Shown in pieces: positions 1 through 11,273 of a stretch of DNA of 64,000 bases. The position numbers and the translations under genes are program-made. The notes under the pieces are model-generated. The model was not told the DNA's origin. It did no database searches and worked only from the letters and a program-made list of their open reading frames with translations. Origin of the DNA: Nitrospina sp. (lineage in GTDB: Bacteria > Nitrospinota > Nitrospinia > Nitrospinales > VA-1); assembly GCA_018673915.1 (NCBI GenBank), contig JABHBK010000069.1, positions 9,272 to 73,271 on the forward strand. The letters run 5' to 3'. Each line of letters opens with the position of its first letter. Within the stretch, counting starts at the first letter, position 1.

Positions 1-504
1 CATTTGGCAATGGTCAACAGCGGACCGGACCATGGCCTCTACGGAATCATCTTTATAGCGTTCTTTATAATCGGGGTCTACCGAACCACAGTTGACTCCG
101 ATGCGAATCGCGCAATCATTTTCCTTCGCCGCGTTGACAATAAACGCCACCTTCTCGCGAATGGTCTTGTCTTTTTCCAAATGGAACAGATGGCCTGGGT
201 TGTACCGAATCTTATTTACCAAGGGCGCAACAATCGGCGCCAGCTTATAATTTTCTTGAATATCTACCGACCACACACTTTCTGGGAACTGTTGACGCAA
301 GACCCGTAATGCCTCCACATCTTGCTCACTATCTACAGCAATGCGAATGACATCCGCCTGAGCCGCTTCCAAAACTTCTATCTGCCTGGCAGTGGCTTCC
401 AAGTTCTGAGTTTGGGTTGCCGCCATACTTTGTACAGCAATGGGGGAATCACCACCAATTTCAACTCTTCCTATACGTATTTTTCGTGTTTTTCTGGGAT
501 TCAT
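1..504 (-). CDS. ispG: 4-hydroxy-3-methylbut-2-en-1-yl diphosphate synthase (5' part; runs off window)
   Basis: Not in the ORF track. Manual translation from ATG at 504 gives MNPRKTRKIRIGRVEIGGDSPIAVQSM...KIRYNPGH...IRIGVNCGS, which are IspG/GcpE motifs. Confidence 0.93.
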   Translation of the reverse strand, partial: MNPRKTRKIRIGRVEIGGDSPIAVQSMAATQTQNLEATARQIEVLEAAQADVIRIAVDSEQDVEALRVLRQQFPESVWSVDIQENYKLAPIVAPLVNKIRYNPGHLFHLEKDKTIREKVAFIVNAAKENDCAIRIGVNCGSVDPDYKERYKDDSVEAMVRSAVDHCQM

Positions 505-621
505 TCTTTCACATTCCTAATGGGATTCTTCCAACCTCGGCGGGCCTAAAAGTATCAAAGGTAAAGGTTAACAAATAAAGGGTTCCAGAACAAGGTGAGG
601 ATTCCTTTATCCTGATAATTG

Positions 622-1629
622 TCAAATATCCTGACCGACAATATTGTTATGCGTACAATCTAAGGGAAAAGGGTTATCCGTATTGTCAAAATCCGGCAAA
701 TTATGCACTGCCGCTTCCATGGATTGAAGGTACAAATTTTCAAAACCCAGATCCCTCGCCATGGCAATGGCTTTTTCATATTCCTCAGAGGTGATTTCTC
801 TGCTCAAGGAAGACCGGGCTTTATGAACCGGGCGGTATTGACTCATTAGGCTCAAAGGAACGCTGGGAGACAATTCGAGAGCGACAAAACATAGGGTTTC
901 CCAGGTCCCTGCAAGATCTTCGGGCAATATCAGATGACGCACCAACAACCCCCGTTCAGCCAAACCATCCTCTCCCAAGACCAAAGGACCCACCTGCCGA
1001 TACATTTCCTGCACAGCCTGGCGGGAAAATTCCGGGTATTCCTTAATATGGGATATTTCCTTAGCCGTAGATGAATGGGCATATTTCAAATCTGGTAAAT
1101 AAATGTCTACCACTCCATCCAGAAGCTTCAAGGAAGACAGAGAATCATAAGCATTGGTATTATAGATAATTGGAATTTTCAGACCCATTTTTCGGGCGAT
1201 ACAAAGACTTTGCAAAAGTCCCGGAACCACATGAGAAGGAGAAATCCAGCCGATGAAATGCACTCCCTCCTCCTGAAGTCGAACCATTTGTCGGGCTACG
1301 TCTTCATAAGAATGTTTTGGGCTAAGGGTGTCTAGTGGATTTTTCCATTGCTGAGAAATTTGAAAATTCTGGCAATAATCACAACGCATATTGCATGAAG
1401 TGACAAAAAGATTGCCCACCCCACCCTGCCCGACCAGTGGCGGTTCTTCACCAAAATGCCGAACGCTGGATGAAACCCTCAAAAGATCGGTCTGACCACA
1501 AAACCCGGTTTCACCTTGAGTTCGGTCCACTCCGCAAGCATGAGGACACACCCGGCACTCCCTATAAATCTCATAAGCTTGTTGAGCTTTAAACTCTAAT
1601 TCAGACTGGCTTAATTCAAGATAACCCAA
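622..1629 (-). CDS. pflX: Radical SAM protein, PflX-like (putative PFL-activating enzyme family)
   Basis: N-terminal CRVCPHAC..R...G.C, HFGEEPPL, CNMRCDYCQN radical-SAM motif, DIYLPDLKY, LVRHLILP. Confidence 0.8.
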   Translation of the reverse strand: MGYLELSQSELEFKAQQAYEIYRECRVCPHACGVDRTQGETGFCGQTDLLRVSSSVRHFGEEPPLVGQGGVGNLFVTSCNMRCDYCQNFQISQQWKNPLDTLSPKHSYEDVARQMVRLQEEGVHFIGWISPSHVVPGLLQSLCIARKMGLKIPIIYNTNAYDSLSSLKLLDGVVDIYLPDLKYAHSSTAKEISHIKEYPEFSRQAVQEMYRQVGPLVLGEDGLAERGLLVRHLILPEDLAGTWETLCFVALELSPSVPLSLMSQYRPVHKARSSLSREITSEEYEKAIAMARDLGFENLYLQSMEAAVHNLPDFDNTDNPFPLDCTHNNIVGQDI

Positions 1630-1697
1630 TTTAGTTTGTTCTCACTTAAAGATTTAAGAATGGTAATATAGTAAAAAACAATCAACCTCTATATACC

Positions 1698-3560
1698 ATG
1701 ACAAAATTTTTTTCTTTCATCCTCCTCCTGCTAATCATTGCTCAACAAGCATGGGGAGCTCCTCAGCATGGGCTTTCATTATATGGCCCTGAGGACCTGA
1801 AATACAAATCTGGACAGCATTATGACCACGCTAACCCCAATGCCCCCAAAGGCGGCAGTCTGGTTCTATCCGATTTTGGGGCTTTCACCAAATTGAACCC
1901 GGCTTCTCTCAAGGGCGTGATCGCCCCAGGTATCAGTCAGTTGGTATTTCAAACCGCTATGGACAGTTCCACAGACGATAAGGAAGCCTTTTCAATATAT
2001 GGTCATCTTGTGGAAAAAGTCGAACTTGCAGAGGATCGGCTCTCCATGACCTATACCCTCTATAAACAGGCAAGGTTTTCAGATGGACACCCTCTGACCG
2101 CCGATGATTTTGTTTTCTCATTTAACTTGATTAAAGATCCAGAATATCATCCCTTCTTTAAAGAGTATTTCAAGGATATCAAGTCCATCGAAAAAATAGA
2201 TGCGCATACGGTCCGCTACCATTTCTCAATTTATAATCAGGAACTCCCCTTGATAACCGGACAAATGGTGATTTTCCCAAAACATATATATGGCGCCAAG
2301 AAAAAATCTTTTGGTGCTGATTTCGATGACATCGCCATCGCCAGTGGTCCATACACAGTAGAAAAATATGAATACGGTAAATACATAACTTTCAAACGCG
2401 ATCCCAATTGGTGGGGCAACGATATCGCTATCAACCAGGGGCGTTATAATTTCGACAGGGTGACTTACAAAATCTACCTTGATCCCGTTGCCCAGCGCGA
2501 AGCTTTCAAGGGTGAGGAGTTCGACATGCAGTTGATCAACAGTTCCCGCGACTGGGCCCTCGACTATAAAGGGGATTTTGTCAAAAAAGGATATTACATC
2601 CGCGGCGAATTTCCTCATTCCCGAGTTGCTGGAATGCAAGGATTCGCTATGAATATGAGAAACGAGATTTTTCAGTCCCGCAAAGTTAGGGCCGCAGTCG
2701 CCATGGCTTTCGACTTTGAGTGGAGTAACAAAAATTTATTTTATGGACAATACACGCGAAACGAATGCTATTTCGACAACAATCCGGAAATGAAAGCCCA
2801 GGGCCTGCCACAAGGTGAGGTCAAAGCTCTTCTTCTTGACTTAAGGAAAAAACATAAAAGCCATGTTCCTAAAACCGCACTCACCAAACCGGTAGGGGCA
2901 CCGGGGCAAGGCCAATCGGCCGCCAAAAATAATCAGGTTGCCAACGCTTTACTGGATTCAGCCGGATGGAAAATCGGTGCTGATGGAATTCGTACCAAAG
3001 GCAACCAGCGACTGCAGTTTGAGCTTCTTTTAGCTGGCCCAGGATTTCAGCGTATCGCTGAACCCTATAAAATTAATTTAAAAAAGATCGGGGTCCATCT
3101 TGATATCAAGGTCGTGCAAATTGCAGAGTATGAAGAACGCCTGCGCAATTTCAAATATGACATGATCGTTGCCAGCTTTATGCAAAGCCGGTCACCGGGA
3201 AACGAGCAACGCTCCTTGTGGGGAGGTGAAGCCGCCATAATGCCCGGAAGCAGAAATTATATGGGCATTAAAAATCCCGCAATCGATGAATTGATCGATG
3301 GGATCATCAAAGCTAAAACCCGAAAAGATCTGATCATTCATATTCACGCGCTGGATCGGATTCTCACGCATCAGTTTTACATGGTTCCGCATTGGTATAT
3401 ATCCTATGACCGGGCCGTTTATTGGAACAAATTCAGCCGCCCAAAAATAAACCCTTCTCAAAGTTCCATTCTCAACAATCTCCTGCAATGGTGGTGGTGG
3501 GATGACAAGAAAGCTCAAAAACTCGAGAGTGCGAAGTCTAAAGGAAATACTCTTCAATAA
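1698..3560 (+). CDS. yejA: ABC transporter substrate-binding protein, YejA/family 5
   Basis: Signal peptide, HG..LYG...Y...ANPNAPKGG, ARFSDG.P.TADD, WWWD C-terminus. Confidence 0.88.
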   Translation: MTKFFSFILLLLIIAQQAWGAPQHGLSLYGPEDLKYKSGQHYDHANPNAPKGGSLVLSDFGAFTKLNPASLKGVIAPGISQLVFQTAMDSSTDDKEAFSIYGHLVEKVELAEDRLSMTYTLYKQARFSDGHPLTADDFVFSFNLIKDPEYHPFFKEYFKDIKSIEKIDAHTVRYHFSIYNQELPLITGQMVIFPKHIYGAKKKSFGADFDDIAIASGPYTVEKYEYGKYITFKRDPNWWGNDIAINQGRYNFDRVTYKIYLDPVAQREAFKGEEFDMQLINSSRDWALDYKGDFVKKGYYIRGEFPHSRVAGMQGFAMNMRNEIFQSRKVRAAVAMAFDFEWSNKNLFYGQYTRNECYFDNNPEMKAQGLPQGEVKALLLDLRKKHKSHVPKTALTKPVGAPGQGQSAAKNNQVANALLDSAGWKIGADGIRTKGNQRLQFELLLAGPGFQRIAEPYKINLKKIGVHLDIKVVQIAEYEERLRNFKYDMIVASFMQSRSPGNEQRSLWGGEAAIMPGSRNYMGIKNPAIDELIDGIIKAKTRKDLIIHIHALDRILTHQFYMVPHWYISYDRAVYWNKFSRPKINPSQSSILNNLLQWWWWDDKKAQKLESAKSKGNTLQ

Positions 3561-3587
3561 CTGGAACAAATTTCCCTGAATAGTTTC

Positions 3588-4727
3588 ATGACTGCTTACA
3601 TCCTACGCCGACTTCTATTGATGTTCCCGACCCTGATTGGGATTATCACCATTACTTTCATCGCGACCCAATTCGTTCCCGGAGGTCCAATAGACCAGAT
3701 GAAATCACTTTTAAGTGGCCACGGTAGCACCTTGACAGAAGCAGGTGGTGGAGCCTTGACATATCCCGGAAAAAAATTCGGTGCGTTAGACCCCAAGCAT
3801 ATGGAGCAATTAAAAAAAATCTACCACCTCGATAGACCGCTTTGGGAAAGATATTTGCGTACATTTCTATGGTACTCACCTGAGGGTAAAGATGCTTCCG
3901 TTATAGAGAGTGTTTTAAATTATGATAATTGGGAAGGTTTTCTGGTATTCAAATTCGGCAACTCGTTTTATCGAAACAAATCCGTTCTTGAACTTATCAA
4001 GGAAAAGTTACCGGTTTCCGCGTCACTGGGTGTCACCAGCTTTTTCTTGACCTACACCATCTGCATTATCCTCGGTATCGCTAAAGCAGTAAAACACGGC
4101 ACCCGTTTTGATACCGCTACCAGCTTGATCGTACTCATCGGCTACAGTGTTCCGGGTTTTGTTTTGGCAATTTTCATCATTGTTCTTTTTGGTCCCGGAG
4201 ATGGTGCCATCGCCCATCTAATACCCATCGCCGGACTTACATCTGCAGGGACCCCCGGTTACGAAACCTGGTCCTTTTGGGATAAGCTGACCGATTACCT
4301 GCATCATTTGGCGGCTCCCTTATTGTGCTATGTGCTAGGCGGATTCGCCACATTGACCCTGCTGACCAAAAACGCTTTTCTGGAAGAAATGCGCAAGCAA
4401 TATGTTTTGACTGCAAGAGCTAAAGGCTTGCCGGAAAAACAAGTATTGTTCAAGCATGTCCTGAAAAATTCTCTCATTCCTCTTGTGACGGGATTTCCCA
4501 TCGCTTTTCTAGCCATGTTTTTCAGCGGCTCTTTGCTATTGGAACAAATTTTTACTTTGGATGGGCTGGGCCTCCTTTCCTATCAAGCTGTAATACAGAG
4601 GGATTATCCTATTGTCCTTGGCACCTTGTTCATTTTCTCGCTCATGGCACTGGTCGGTCAATTATTAACCGATCTATCGTACGTTTTAATCGACAAGAGA
4701 ATTTCTTTTGATGAATCACAGGGTTGA
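3588..4727 (+). CDS. yejB: ABC transporter permease YejB
   Basis: MTAYILRRLLLMFPTL..QFVPGGP, TARAKGL, RDYPIV; in operon with yejA. Confidence 0.88.
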   Translation: MTAYILRRLLLMFPTLIGIITITFIATQFVPGGPIDQMKSLLSGHGSTLTEAGGGALTYPGKKFGALDPKHMEQLKKIYHLDRPLWERYLRTFLWYSPEGKDASVIESVLNYDNWEGFLVFKFGNSFYRNKSVLELIKEKLPVSASLGVTSFFLTYTICIILGIAKAVKHGTRFDTATSLIVLIGYSVPGFVLAIFIIVLFGPGDGAIAHLIPIAGLTSAGTPGYETWSFWDKLTDYLHHLAAPLLCYVLGGFATLTLLTKNAFLEEMRKQYVLTARAKGLPEKQVLFKHVLKNSLIPLVTGFPIAFLAMFFSGSLLLEQIFTLDGLGLLSYQAVIQRDYPIVLGTLFIFSLMALVGQLLTDLSYVLIDKRISFDESQG

Positions 4728-5977
4728 AAATGTTGAAATTGAATAAAGAATTGAAAGTTAAGCAGGAAATATTCAAAAAGGATATACGTGCCTACACCAG
4801 TTTTTTAATTCTGACTTTTCTTTTTCTAGCCACCCTGCCCGCCGAATTGATCTGTAATGTGCGTCCCATTATGATCGTTGTAGAGGGGAAATTTTATTTC
4901 CCCATCACTTTCACTTACAGTGAGAAAGAGTTTGGCGGCACCTTGCCCAGCGAACCCGATTATAAGTCCGCCCGATTTTTGCAGATATTAAAAGGAATGC
5001 CCGAGGCAACACAGCTAGATACAAAAAACGCATTTGGCTTGGAGATCGGTGATTTTGAGGAAGATAATTTCAGTATCGGTCTGGATGATTTTGAAGACAG
5101 TGAAGAGTCCATTACCCCACCTGCTGAAATCATGCCCACAACAGAAACTCTACTAGAGCCCAGGGAATTCTGGGCTCTTTGGCCTCCTATACGCTATGAC
5201 TACCAATATATTCCGACAGAATCAAATACCGGAAATGTAGTGCTTGCGGCACCCTATCGCACGCCTACTCCCAGCGGTGAAGGTTTCATCGAGTCCTCCT
5301 GGGAAGATGGACACTATCTTGGAACAGATGACCGGGGCCGCGATGTATTGGCACGCTTGATTTACGGCTTCCGCATCTCCATGCTTTTTGGAGCTTCACT
5401 GGCGATCACCGGAACCCTGATTGGATGCCTGATGGGAGGAACTCAAGGATTTTTTGGCGGGTGGGTGGACCTTGTTGGTCAGCGGTTAACAGAAATCTGG
5501 GGATCGATTCCCCGCCTCTATATTTTGATAATTTTGAGTTCATTTTTGGTTCCATCAGCATTATTGTTATTTTTGATTTTGAACCTTACAGCATGGATGG
5601 GAATTGCCGCCTATATTCGCGCGGAATTTTTAAAAGTTCGCAACTTTGAATTTGTCAAAGCGGCTAAAGGGTTGGGAGTTTCTAATTTCACCATCATGCG
5701 CAAACATATTCTTCCCAATGCGCTAACCCCTGTGGTCACATTCTTTCCATTTGAAGTCACTGCAGGAATTCTCGCACTGGTAAGCCTGGACTACCTAAAC
5801 CTGGGTGTGCCCAGTCCCGCACCCAGCATGGGAGAACTGCTGGCGCAAGGAAAGAATAACCTACAGGCACTATGGATATTGTTGCCGACCTTCACCGCTC
5901 TCACTTCAATGATAGTTTTATTAACGTTTATCGGAGAAGGCATTCGCAACGCTTTCGACCCGAGGAAAACACTTTAA
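4724..5977 (+). CDS. yejE: ABC transporter permease YejE
   Basis: HYLGTDDRGRDVLARLIYGFRIS, HILPNA, GEGIRNAFDPRK; 4-bp overlap with yejB. Confidence 0.88.
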   Translation: MKMLKLNKELKVKQEIFKKDIRAYTSFLILTFLFLATLPAELICNVRPIMIVVEGKFYFPITFTYSEKEFGGTLPSEPDYKSARFLQILKGMPEATQLDTKNAFGLEIGDFEEDNFSIGLDDFEDSEESITPPAEIMPTTETLLEPREFWALWPPIRYDYQYIPTESNTGNVVLAAPYRTPTPSGEGFIESSWEDGHYLGTDDRGRDVLARLIYGFRISMLFGASLAITGTLIGCLMGGTQGFFGGWVDLVGQRLTEIWGSIPRLYILIILSSFLVPSALLLFLILNLTAWMGIAAYIRAEFLKVRNFEFVKAAKGLGVSNFTIMRKHILPNALTPVVTFFPFEVTAGILALVSLDYLNLGVPSPAPSMGELLAQGKNNLQALWILLPTFTALTSMIVLLTFIGEGIRNAFDPRKTL

Positions 5978-6037
5978 AAAATATCACTAATAATGATAAG
6001 GCCTTCACCTTGCCATTGAATCAAAAAATTTCTTCAA

Positions 6038-8068
6038 ATGCTTTTATCGGTTAAAAATCTAGCTACTCATTTCCATGCCGGTCCGGGAAAAATTGCCCGG
6101 GCAGTGGATGGCATCTCTTTTGATCTTGAGCAGGGCAAAACTCTGGCTCTGGTTGGGGAGTCCGGTTGTGGGAAAACTCAGACCGCATTTTCAATTATCC
6201 GCCTCATTGCTGAAAACGGTTATCACCCCACGGGAGAAATTCGGTTTCAAGGACAGGACCTGTTCCAATTGAACCCCGAGGAAATGCGCAATCTGAGGGG
6301 AAACGATATCTCCATGATCTTTCAGGAGCCGATGACCTCCTTGAATCCCTTATTCCGCATTGGCGATCAACTTGAAGAGCCTTTGAAGCAACATTTGAAA
6401 GTTGCAAAAGGAGATTCTCGGAAACAAGCTATTCAACTACTCGATCGGGTGGGGATTCCCGATCCTCACAAGCGCATCGATGATTATCCCCATCAACTTT
6501 CAGGAGGGATGAAGCAAAGAGTTATGATTGCCATGGCCTTGGCTTGTGAACCTAAATTGCTCATCGCAGATGAACCCACCACGGCCCTGGATGTCACCAT
6601 TCAAGCTCAGGTCCTGGGTTTGATGAGTGATCTACAAAAACAAACTGGCATGGCTATCCTGTTGATCACCCACGATATGGGAATCGTCAACCAGATGGCT
6701 GATGACTTATGCATCATGTATGGAGGCCAGATGGCAGAATATGGAAGTCGGGAACAGATCTTTAGCAATATGACCCACCCGTACACACAAAAACTTTTCA
6801 GTTCCATTCCAAAACTTGAAAAAGCTGAAGCTCTGCTCAACACCATTCCGGGCATGGTCCCTTCCGCAACGGAATATGGAAAAGGATGCCGATTTGCCGA
6901 CCGTTGCTCTGAAGTCATGACTATTTGCCATGAGAAAGAAAGTCGAGCCCATCAAATCAGCAAGAACCATCAAAGCGTTTGCCACTTATTGGAAAAAGGA
7001 CCTAGGACATCCCAAAATCAAATCAGTAAAGGTGAGCCCATACCAACCCGAAATTTTGAGGACAAGCCCATTGTGCGGATAAGGAATTTAAAAACCTATT
7101 TCCCCGTCCGCAAAGGAGTGTTTTTGCGGGTTGCCAACCATATTCGCGCAGTGGATCAGATTGACCTGGATATTCCTAAAGGGTCAACCGTTGCTCTGGT
7201 GGGTGAGTCCGGTTGTGGAAAAACCACTCTGGGGGAATCCATACTGCAATTGGTACCCGATGCGCGAGGAGAAGTATTTTTCAACGATCAAAACATCATG
7301 AAACTGAAAGGTGAAACTTTGAAGCGGTTTCGCAAGTATATGCAGATTGTATTTCAGGATCCTTTCGGCTCCCTGCAACCTCGAATGACCATCGAAAGAA
7401 TAGTGGGAGAAGGATTGGAGGTTCACCAGCCTTTACTTTCTTCTGATGAACGGATTCAAAAAATTGCCCAGGTTTTGGAAGAAGTGGGACTGGGAGCATC
7501 CATTCTGGAACGTTATCCCCATGAGTTTTCCGGGGGTCAGCGGCAACGCATCGCCATTGCACGAGCCTTGATTCTGGAACCGGAATTTCTGGTGCTGGAT
7601 GAACCCACAAGTGCCTTGGACGTATCGGTGCAGGCCCAGGTTCTTAATCTACTGAAAGAATTGCAAGCGCGGCACAAGCTGACTTACCTATTCATCAGTC
7701 ACAACCTAAGTGTAGTACGTTATATGGCTGACACGGTAGCCATTATGTATCTGGGGAAAATTGTGGAGCAGGCTCCAGTCGATGATCTCTTTAAAAATCC
7801 TCGTCACCCTTATACAAAATCACTTCTCGAATCCGTTCCCATCCTGGAAGCCCGCAAACCCTTTAAGCCACTATTAGGAGATGTGCCCTCGCCGCTTAAC
7901 CCTCCATCCGGCTGCCACTTTCACCCTCGATGCCCCATTTTCCTTAATGAAGAACAGGGATCCGTATTATCCCAAAAATGCCCCAGCCAATATCCTGAAA
8001 AAACTGGCGATAGCAATTCCTTTGTATCCTGCCACCATAGCGCGCCCAATATTACGGCTCCAAAATAA
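6038..8068 (+). CDS. yejF: Fused double ATP-binding subunit of peptide ABC transporter (YejF/OppDF-like)
   Basis: Two GESGCGKT Walker A motifs, LSGG/FSGG signatures, DEPT motifs, two Cys-containing oligopeptide C-terminal domains. Confidence 0.85.
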   Translation: MLLSVKNLATHFHAGPGKIARAVDGISFDLEQGKTLALVGESGCGKTQTAFSIIRLIAENGYHPTGEIRFQGQDLFQLNPEEMRNLRGNDISMIFQEPMTSLNPLFRIGDQLEEPLKQHLKVAKGDSRKQAIQLLDRVGIPDPHKRIDDYPHQLSGGMKQRVMIAMALACEPKLLIADEPTTALDVTIQAQVLGLMSDLQKQTGMAILLITHDMGIVNQMADDLCIMYGGQMAEYGSREQIFSNMTHPYTQKLFSSIPKLEKAEALLNTIPGMVPSATEYGKGCRFADRCSEVMTICHEKESRAHQISKNHQSVCHLLEKGPRTSQNQISKGEPIPTRNFEDKPIVRIRNLKTYFPVRKGVFLRVANHIRAVDQIDLDIPKGSTVALVGESGCGKTTLGESILQLVPDARGEVFFNDQNIMKLKGETLKRFRKYMQIVFQDPFGSLQPRMTIERIVGEGLEVHQPLLSSDERIQKIAQVLEEVGLGASILERYPHEFSGGQRQRIAIARALILEPEFLVLDEPTSALDVSVQAQVLNLLKELQARHKLTYLFISHNLSVVRYMADTVAIMYLGKIVEQAPVDDLFKNPRHPYTKSLLESVPILEARKPFKPLLGDVPSPLNPPSGCHFHPRCPIFLNEEQGSVLSQKCPSQYPEKTGDSNSFVSCHHSAPNITAPK

Positions 8069-8279
8069 AGATATTAACCAGAATATTTCCTACAACTCTT
8101 TGTATTAAAAGATACTCTAAAACTTCGTTACATTCCTGATTTTAGCCCTTAAAAAAACAGTCTTCCAGCAACTTGAATTTTTTAGCCTTATACGTTCCAT
8201 CTTTACAGGTGGACTGAGCAAGGCTATAGTTTCCTTCGATTCAGGGAACCGGTTTACCAAAACGGTAAAGGCAGATTTC

Positions 8280-8960
8280 ATGAAAAAAATAGTGGCTTTC
8301 ATAGTGAGTGTGATTTTTTATACCGCCAGTTCTTCAGCATTATCGAAGGAAGAAATCGCGTCAGTGATGTCAATGAAAGCCGCATTGAAAATTCAGCCGG
8401 AAAATGCCGCCCTCCTCTCGGAACTGGGTCTTGCCTATATCAAAAACAGACAGTTTCAGGAAGCAATTCCCCCTCTGGAGCATTCACTAAAAATCCAGGC
8501 AAATGATTTTAAATCACATTTTTATCTGGCCTTGGCCTTTGGTGCTGTGGGGCGTCACCATGAAAAACTAATAGAACTGCAAGAAGCCCTTCGTATCAAT
8601 CCAGAGTTTGCCGAAGCCAATTTCAAAATTGGACTGGCCCATGCAGCTTTAAACAGACACCATGAAGCAAGTGAATATTACCAAAAAGCCATCAAACTGG
8701 AGCCAGAAAATTTTGACACCTATTATTTTTTAGCGTTGTCCTGCATTCTATCGAACCGATATCAGGAGGCCCTTTCGGCTATCAATGAATCTATCCGTCT
8801 CAATCCTTATAATGCAGAAGCGCATTATACTTTAGGTCAAATTTATATGAAAATGGGACGCTACAATAAGGCTATTCAGCCACTACAAACCGCAATGAAC
8901 ATTCACCCTGGTCTACCGCAAAAAAAGCATCAGAACTCAATGCATCAGAACCTACCGTAA
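8280..8960 (+). CDS. Exported TPR-repeat protein
   Basis: Signal peptide followed by about five 34-aa TPR units (A...LG..Y...EA...AL.I.P). Confidence 0.8.
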   Translation: MKKIVAFIVSVIFYTASSSALSKEEIASVMSMKAALKIQPENAALLSELGLAYIKNRQFQEAIPPLEHSLKIQANDFKSHFYLALAFGAVGRHHEKLIELQEALRINPEFAEANFKIGLAHAALNRHHEASEYYQKAIKLEPENFDTYYFLALSCILSNRYQEALSAINESIRLNPYNAEAHYTLGQIYMKMGRYNKAIQPLQTAMNIHPGLPQKKHQNSMHQNLP

Positions 8961-9112
8961 ATCAATAATTTTTCAGAGAATAATCATTCCGCCAACATCT
9001 TTCTGTAATTAAATTTATATTCCTGCGACTGATATTCAGTTATTTAACCCGAATGATTTTGGTATCATAATAAATCAGGACTCAAACCGTGGATATATTA
9101 AGGATGATTATC

Positions 9113-10258
9113 ATGAATAAATTCTATGCAGCCTTTCTGATATTTATCAGTTATTTTCTTCTTGTAACTTTTTTACCCAAAAATGTAGACAGTGCTTCGA
9201 AGCAAACTAGAACTGCAACGAAAGTATCTGACGCATCCGGCAATACAGAAATAGCGATTCTTGCGGGAGGTTGCTTCTGGTGTATGGAGCACCCTTATGA
9301 AGACCTACCCGGAATCTCAAAGGCCATTTCGGGATATACAGGCGGGAAAAAGAAAAATCCTACTTACAAAGAAGTCGCATCCGGCTCTACCAGCCATGTC
9401 GAAGCTGTAGAGATCCATTATGATCCAGCAATAATTTCGTTCAATGATATCCTCGAAGTTTTCTGGAGGAATATTGATCCAACGGATGCAGGCGGGCAAT
9501 TTGTCGACCGGGGAAATCAATACACATCCGGAATCTATTACCTAGACAAGAAACAAAAACAAGTGGCTGAGGAATCAAAAAAACGCATGGAGGCCAGCAA
9601 ACGATTCAGCAAAAAAATTCTAACGAAACTGGTAAAGGCAGGGACATTTTATCGCGCAGAAGAATATCATCAGGATTTTTTCAAGAAAAACTATATTCGC
9701 TATAAAGTTTACCGCGCAGGCTCAGGGAGGGACGAGTTCATAGCCAAAGTTTGGGGTGATGATCGGGAATACAAAATATCTAAAACAAGTTTCGATGAGG
9801 CTAATACACCCCAATTCACCTTGATAGGCAATAAAACCAAGTCCAAAGCTAGCCTGACCCCATTACAATATAAAGTCACCCAAAAAAAAGGTACCGAACC
9901 GCCCTTCAGGAATGAGTATTGGGATAACAAACAACCTGGAATCTACGTAGACATCGTTTCTGGAGAACCTCTGTTCAGCTCTAAAGACAAGTTCAAGTCT
10001 GGGACAGGTTGGCCTTCATTCACCCGACCGCTGGTCCAGGAAAACATAGTTGAAGAAAGAGATACCAGCTATAATATGACACGAGTCGAATTGCGGTCAA
10101 AAAATGCCGATTCGCATTTAGGACACCTGTTCAAAGACGGTCCCAAACCCACGGGATTAAGGTATTGCATCAACTCGGCTTCTTTAAGATTTATTCACGC
10201 AGAAAGCTTGGCAAAAGAAGGATATGAAGATTTTAAATCTTTATTCAGAAAACAATAA
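9113..10258 (+). CDS. msrAB: Bifunctional peptide methionine sulfoxide reductase MsrA/MsrB, exported
   Basis: AGGCFWC and AEEYHQ (MsrA); [25 protein letters not shown] (MsrB). ATG 9113 follows AAGGA; the ORF track starts at GTG 9089. Confidence 0.93.
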   Translation: MNKFYAAFLIFISYFLLVTFLPKNVDSASKQTRTATKVSDASGNTEIAILAGGCFWCMEHPYEDLPGISKAISGYTGGKKKNPTYKEVASGSTSHVEAVEIHYDPAIISFNDILEVFWRNIDPTDAGGQFVDRGNQYTSGIYYLDKKQKQVAEESKKRMEASKRFSKKILTKLVKAGTFYRAEEYHQDFFKKNYIRYKVYRAGSGRDEFIAKVWGDDREYKISKTSFDEANTPQFTLIGNKTKSKASLTPLQYKVTQKKGTEPPFRNEYWDNKQPGIYVDIVSGEPLFSSKDKFKSGTGWPSFTRPLVQENIVEERDTSYNMTRVELRSKNADSHLGHLFKDGPKPTGLRYCINSASLRFIHAESLAKEGYEDFKSLFRKQ

Positions 10259-10268
10259 TGGGCTTTAA

Positions 10269-10592
10269 ATGACAAGCGGGGCCTCCAACTCTAAACCCCA
10301 GCAATGGCACCTGTATATGATAAGAACTAATCAGGGCCATCTTTATACAGGAATCACTCAGGATGTCAGTCGGCGTTTTTTGGAGCATCAGGAAGGTGGG
10401 AAAAAAGCAGCAAAGTATCTTCGGGGTAAAGGTCCGCTAAAGCTGGTATTTGAGCAGGAAATTGGAAGCCGGTCTTCCGCATTAAAAGCAGAAAGTTCGA
10501 TTAAAAAATTACCCAAGCTGAAAAAAGAAAACCTTACAAAAAACCCAGGAGCGTTTAATTTTGACACTCCAAAAACCTCGCAAAACAAATAA
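10269..10592 (+). CDS. GIY-YIG nuclease family protein (UPF0213/YhbQ-like)
   Basis: HLYMI...[22 protein letters not shown]; A.KAE..IKKL. Confidence 0.85.
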   Translation: MTSGASNSKPQQWHLYMIRTNQGHLYTGITQDVSRRFLEHQEGGKKAAKYLRGKGPLKLVFEQEIGSRSSALKAESSIKKLPKLKKENLTKNPGAFNFDTPKTSQNK

Positions 10593-10619
10593 ACGGGAAT
10601 TTCAAATTATCAGGAACAC

Positions 10620-11273
10620 TTACTGGACAAGATTATTCTTGAAAGCATAATTAGTGATTTGAGCATTATTTTTCAAAGTGGTTTTTGTCAGAATCCGGCT
10701 TCGATAGGTTCCAACTGTTCCCACTCCCAGGTTAAGCTCACCCGCAATTTCGGTCAGGGTTTTTCCCGAACCAATCATACAAAATATTTGTAATTCTCTC
10801 GGTGACAAGTTTTCGTGCAATGCCATATCTGAATCACTCTTAAGACCCGTAACCATTTTTTCAGCGAATTTCTGGCTGACATAAACCCCACCCTCTGCAA
10901 CTTTTCGAATGGCTTCGACAAGCTGCTCCGGAGCACTGTCTTTAGTTAAATAACCTGAGGCGCCCGCTTTATAAAATTGTTTGGCATAATTTTCTTCTGA
11001 AGAAATACTGAGAATAACTACTTTAATATCAGGATAATCTAGATGAACTTTTTGCATGACCTCCCAACCGGTTTGGCCTGGCATATTTATATCCAGCAAC
11101 AATATGTCAACATCCCGATTGGATAGTTTGGCCAAAACTTCATTGCCATCACCAGCCTGATCGATTAATTGCAAATCCGGGGTTTCATCAATAATCTGAA
11201 TCAATCCCTTGCGCACAACAGCATGATCATCAGCAATAATAATCTTAATTGTCTTCAAAGTATTACTTACCAT
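10620..11273 (-). CDS. NarL/UvrY-family response regulator
   Basis: IADDHAVVR, LLDINMP, GYLTK, LSPRE HTH. Confidence 0.92.
   Translation of the reverse strand: MVSNTLKTIKIIIADDHAVVRKGLIQIIDETPDLQLIDQAGDGNEVLAKLSNRDVDILLLDINMPGQTGWEVMQKVHLDYPDIKVVILSISSEENYAKQFYKAGASGYLTKDSAPEQLVEAIRKVAEGGVYVSQKFAEKMVTGLKSDSDMALHENLSPRELQIFCMIGSGKTLTEIAGELNLGVGTVGTYRSRILTKTTLKNNAQITNYAFKNNLVQ

Noticed and set aside
4-549. + strand ORFs 4-309 and 322-549
   Set aside because: Antisense shadows of ispG on the minus strand.
8915-8960. A7 tract and GCATCAGAAC direct repeat at the end of the TPR gene as a slippage site
   Set aside because: The alternative frame I checked also stops within a few codons, so no functional consequence is evident.
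10269-10592. GIY-YIG gene as a homing endonuclease or mobile element
   Set aside because: It is the short stand-alone UPF0213 type, with no intron, terminal repeats or DNA-binding extension.
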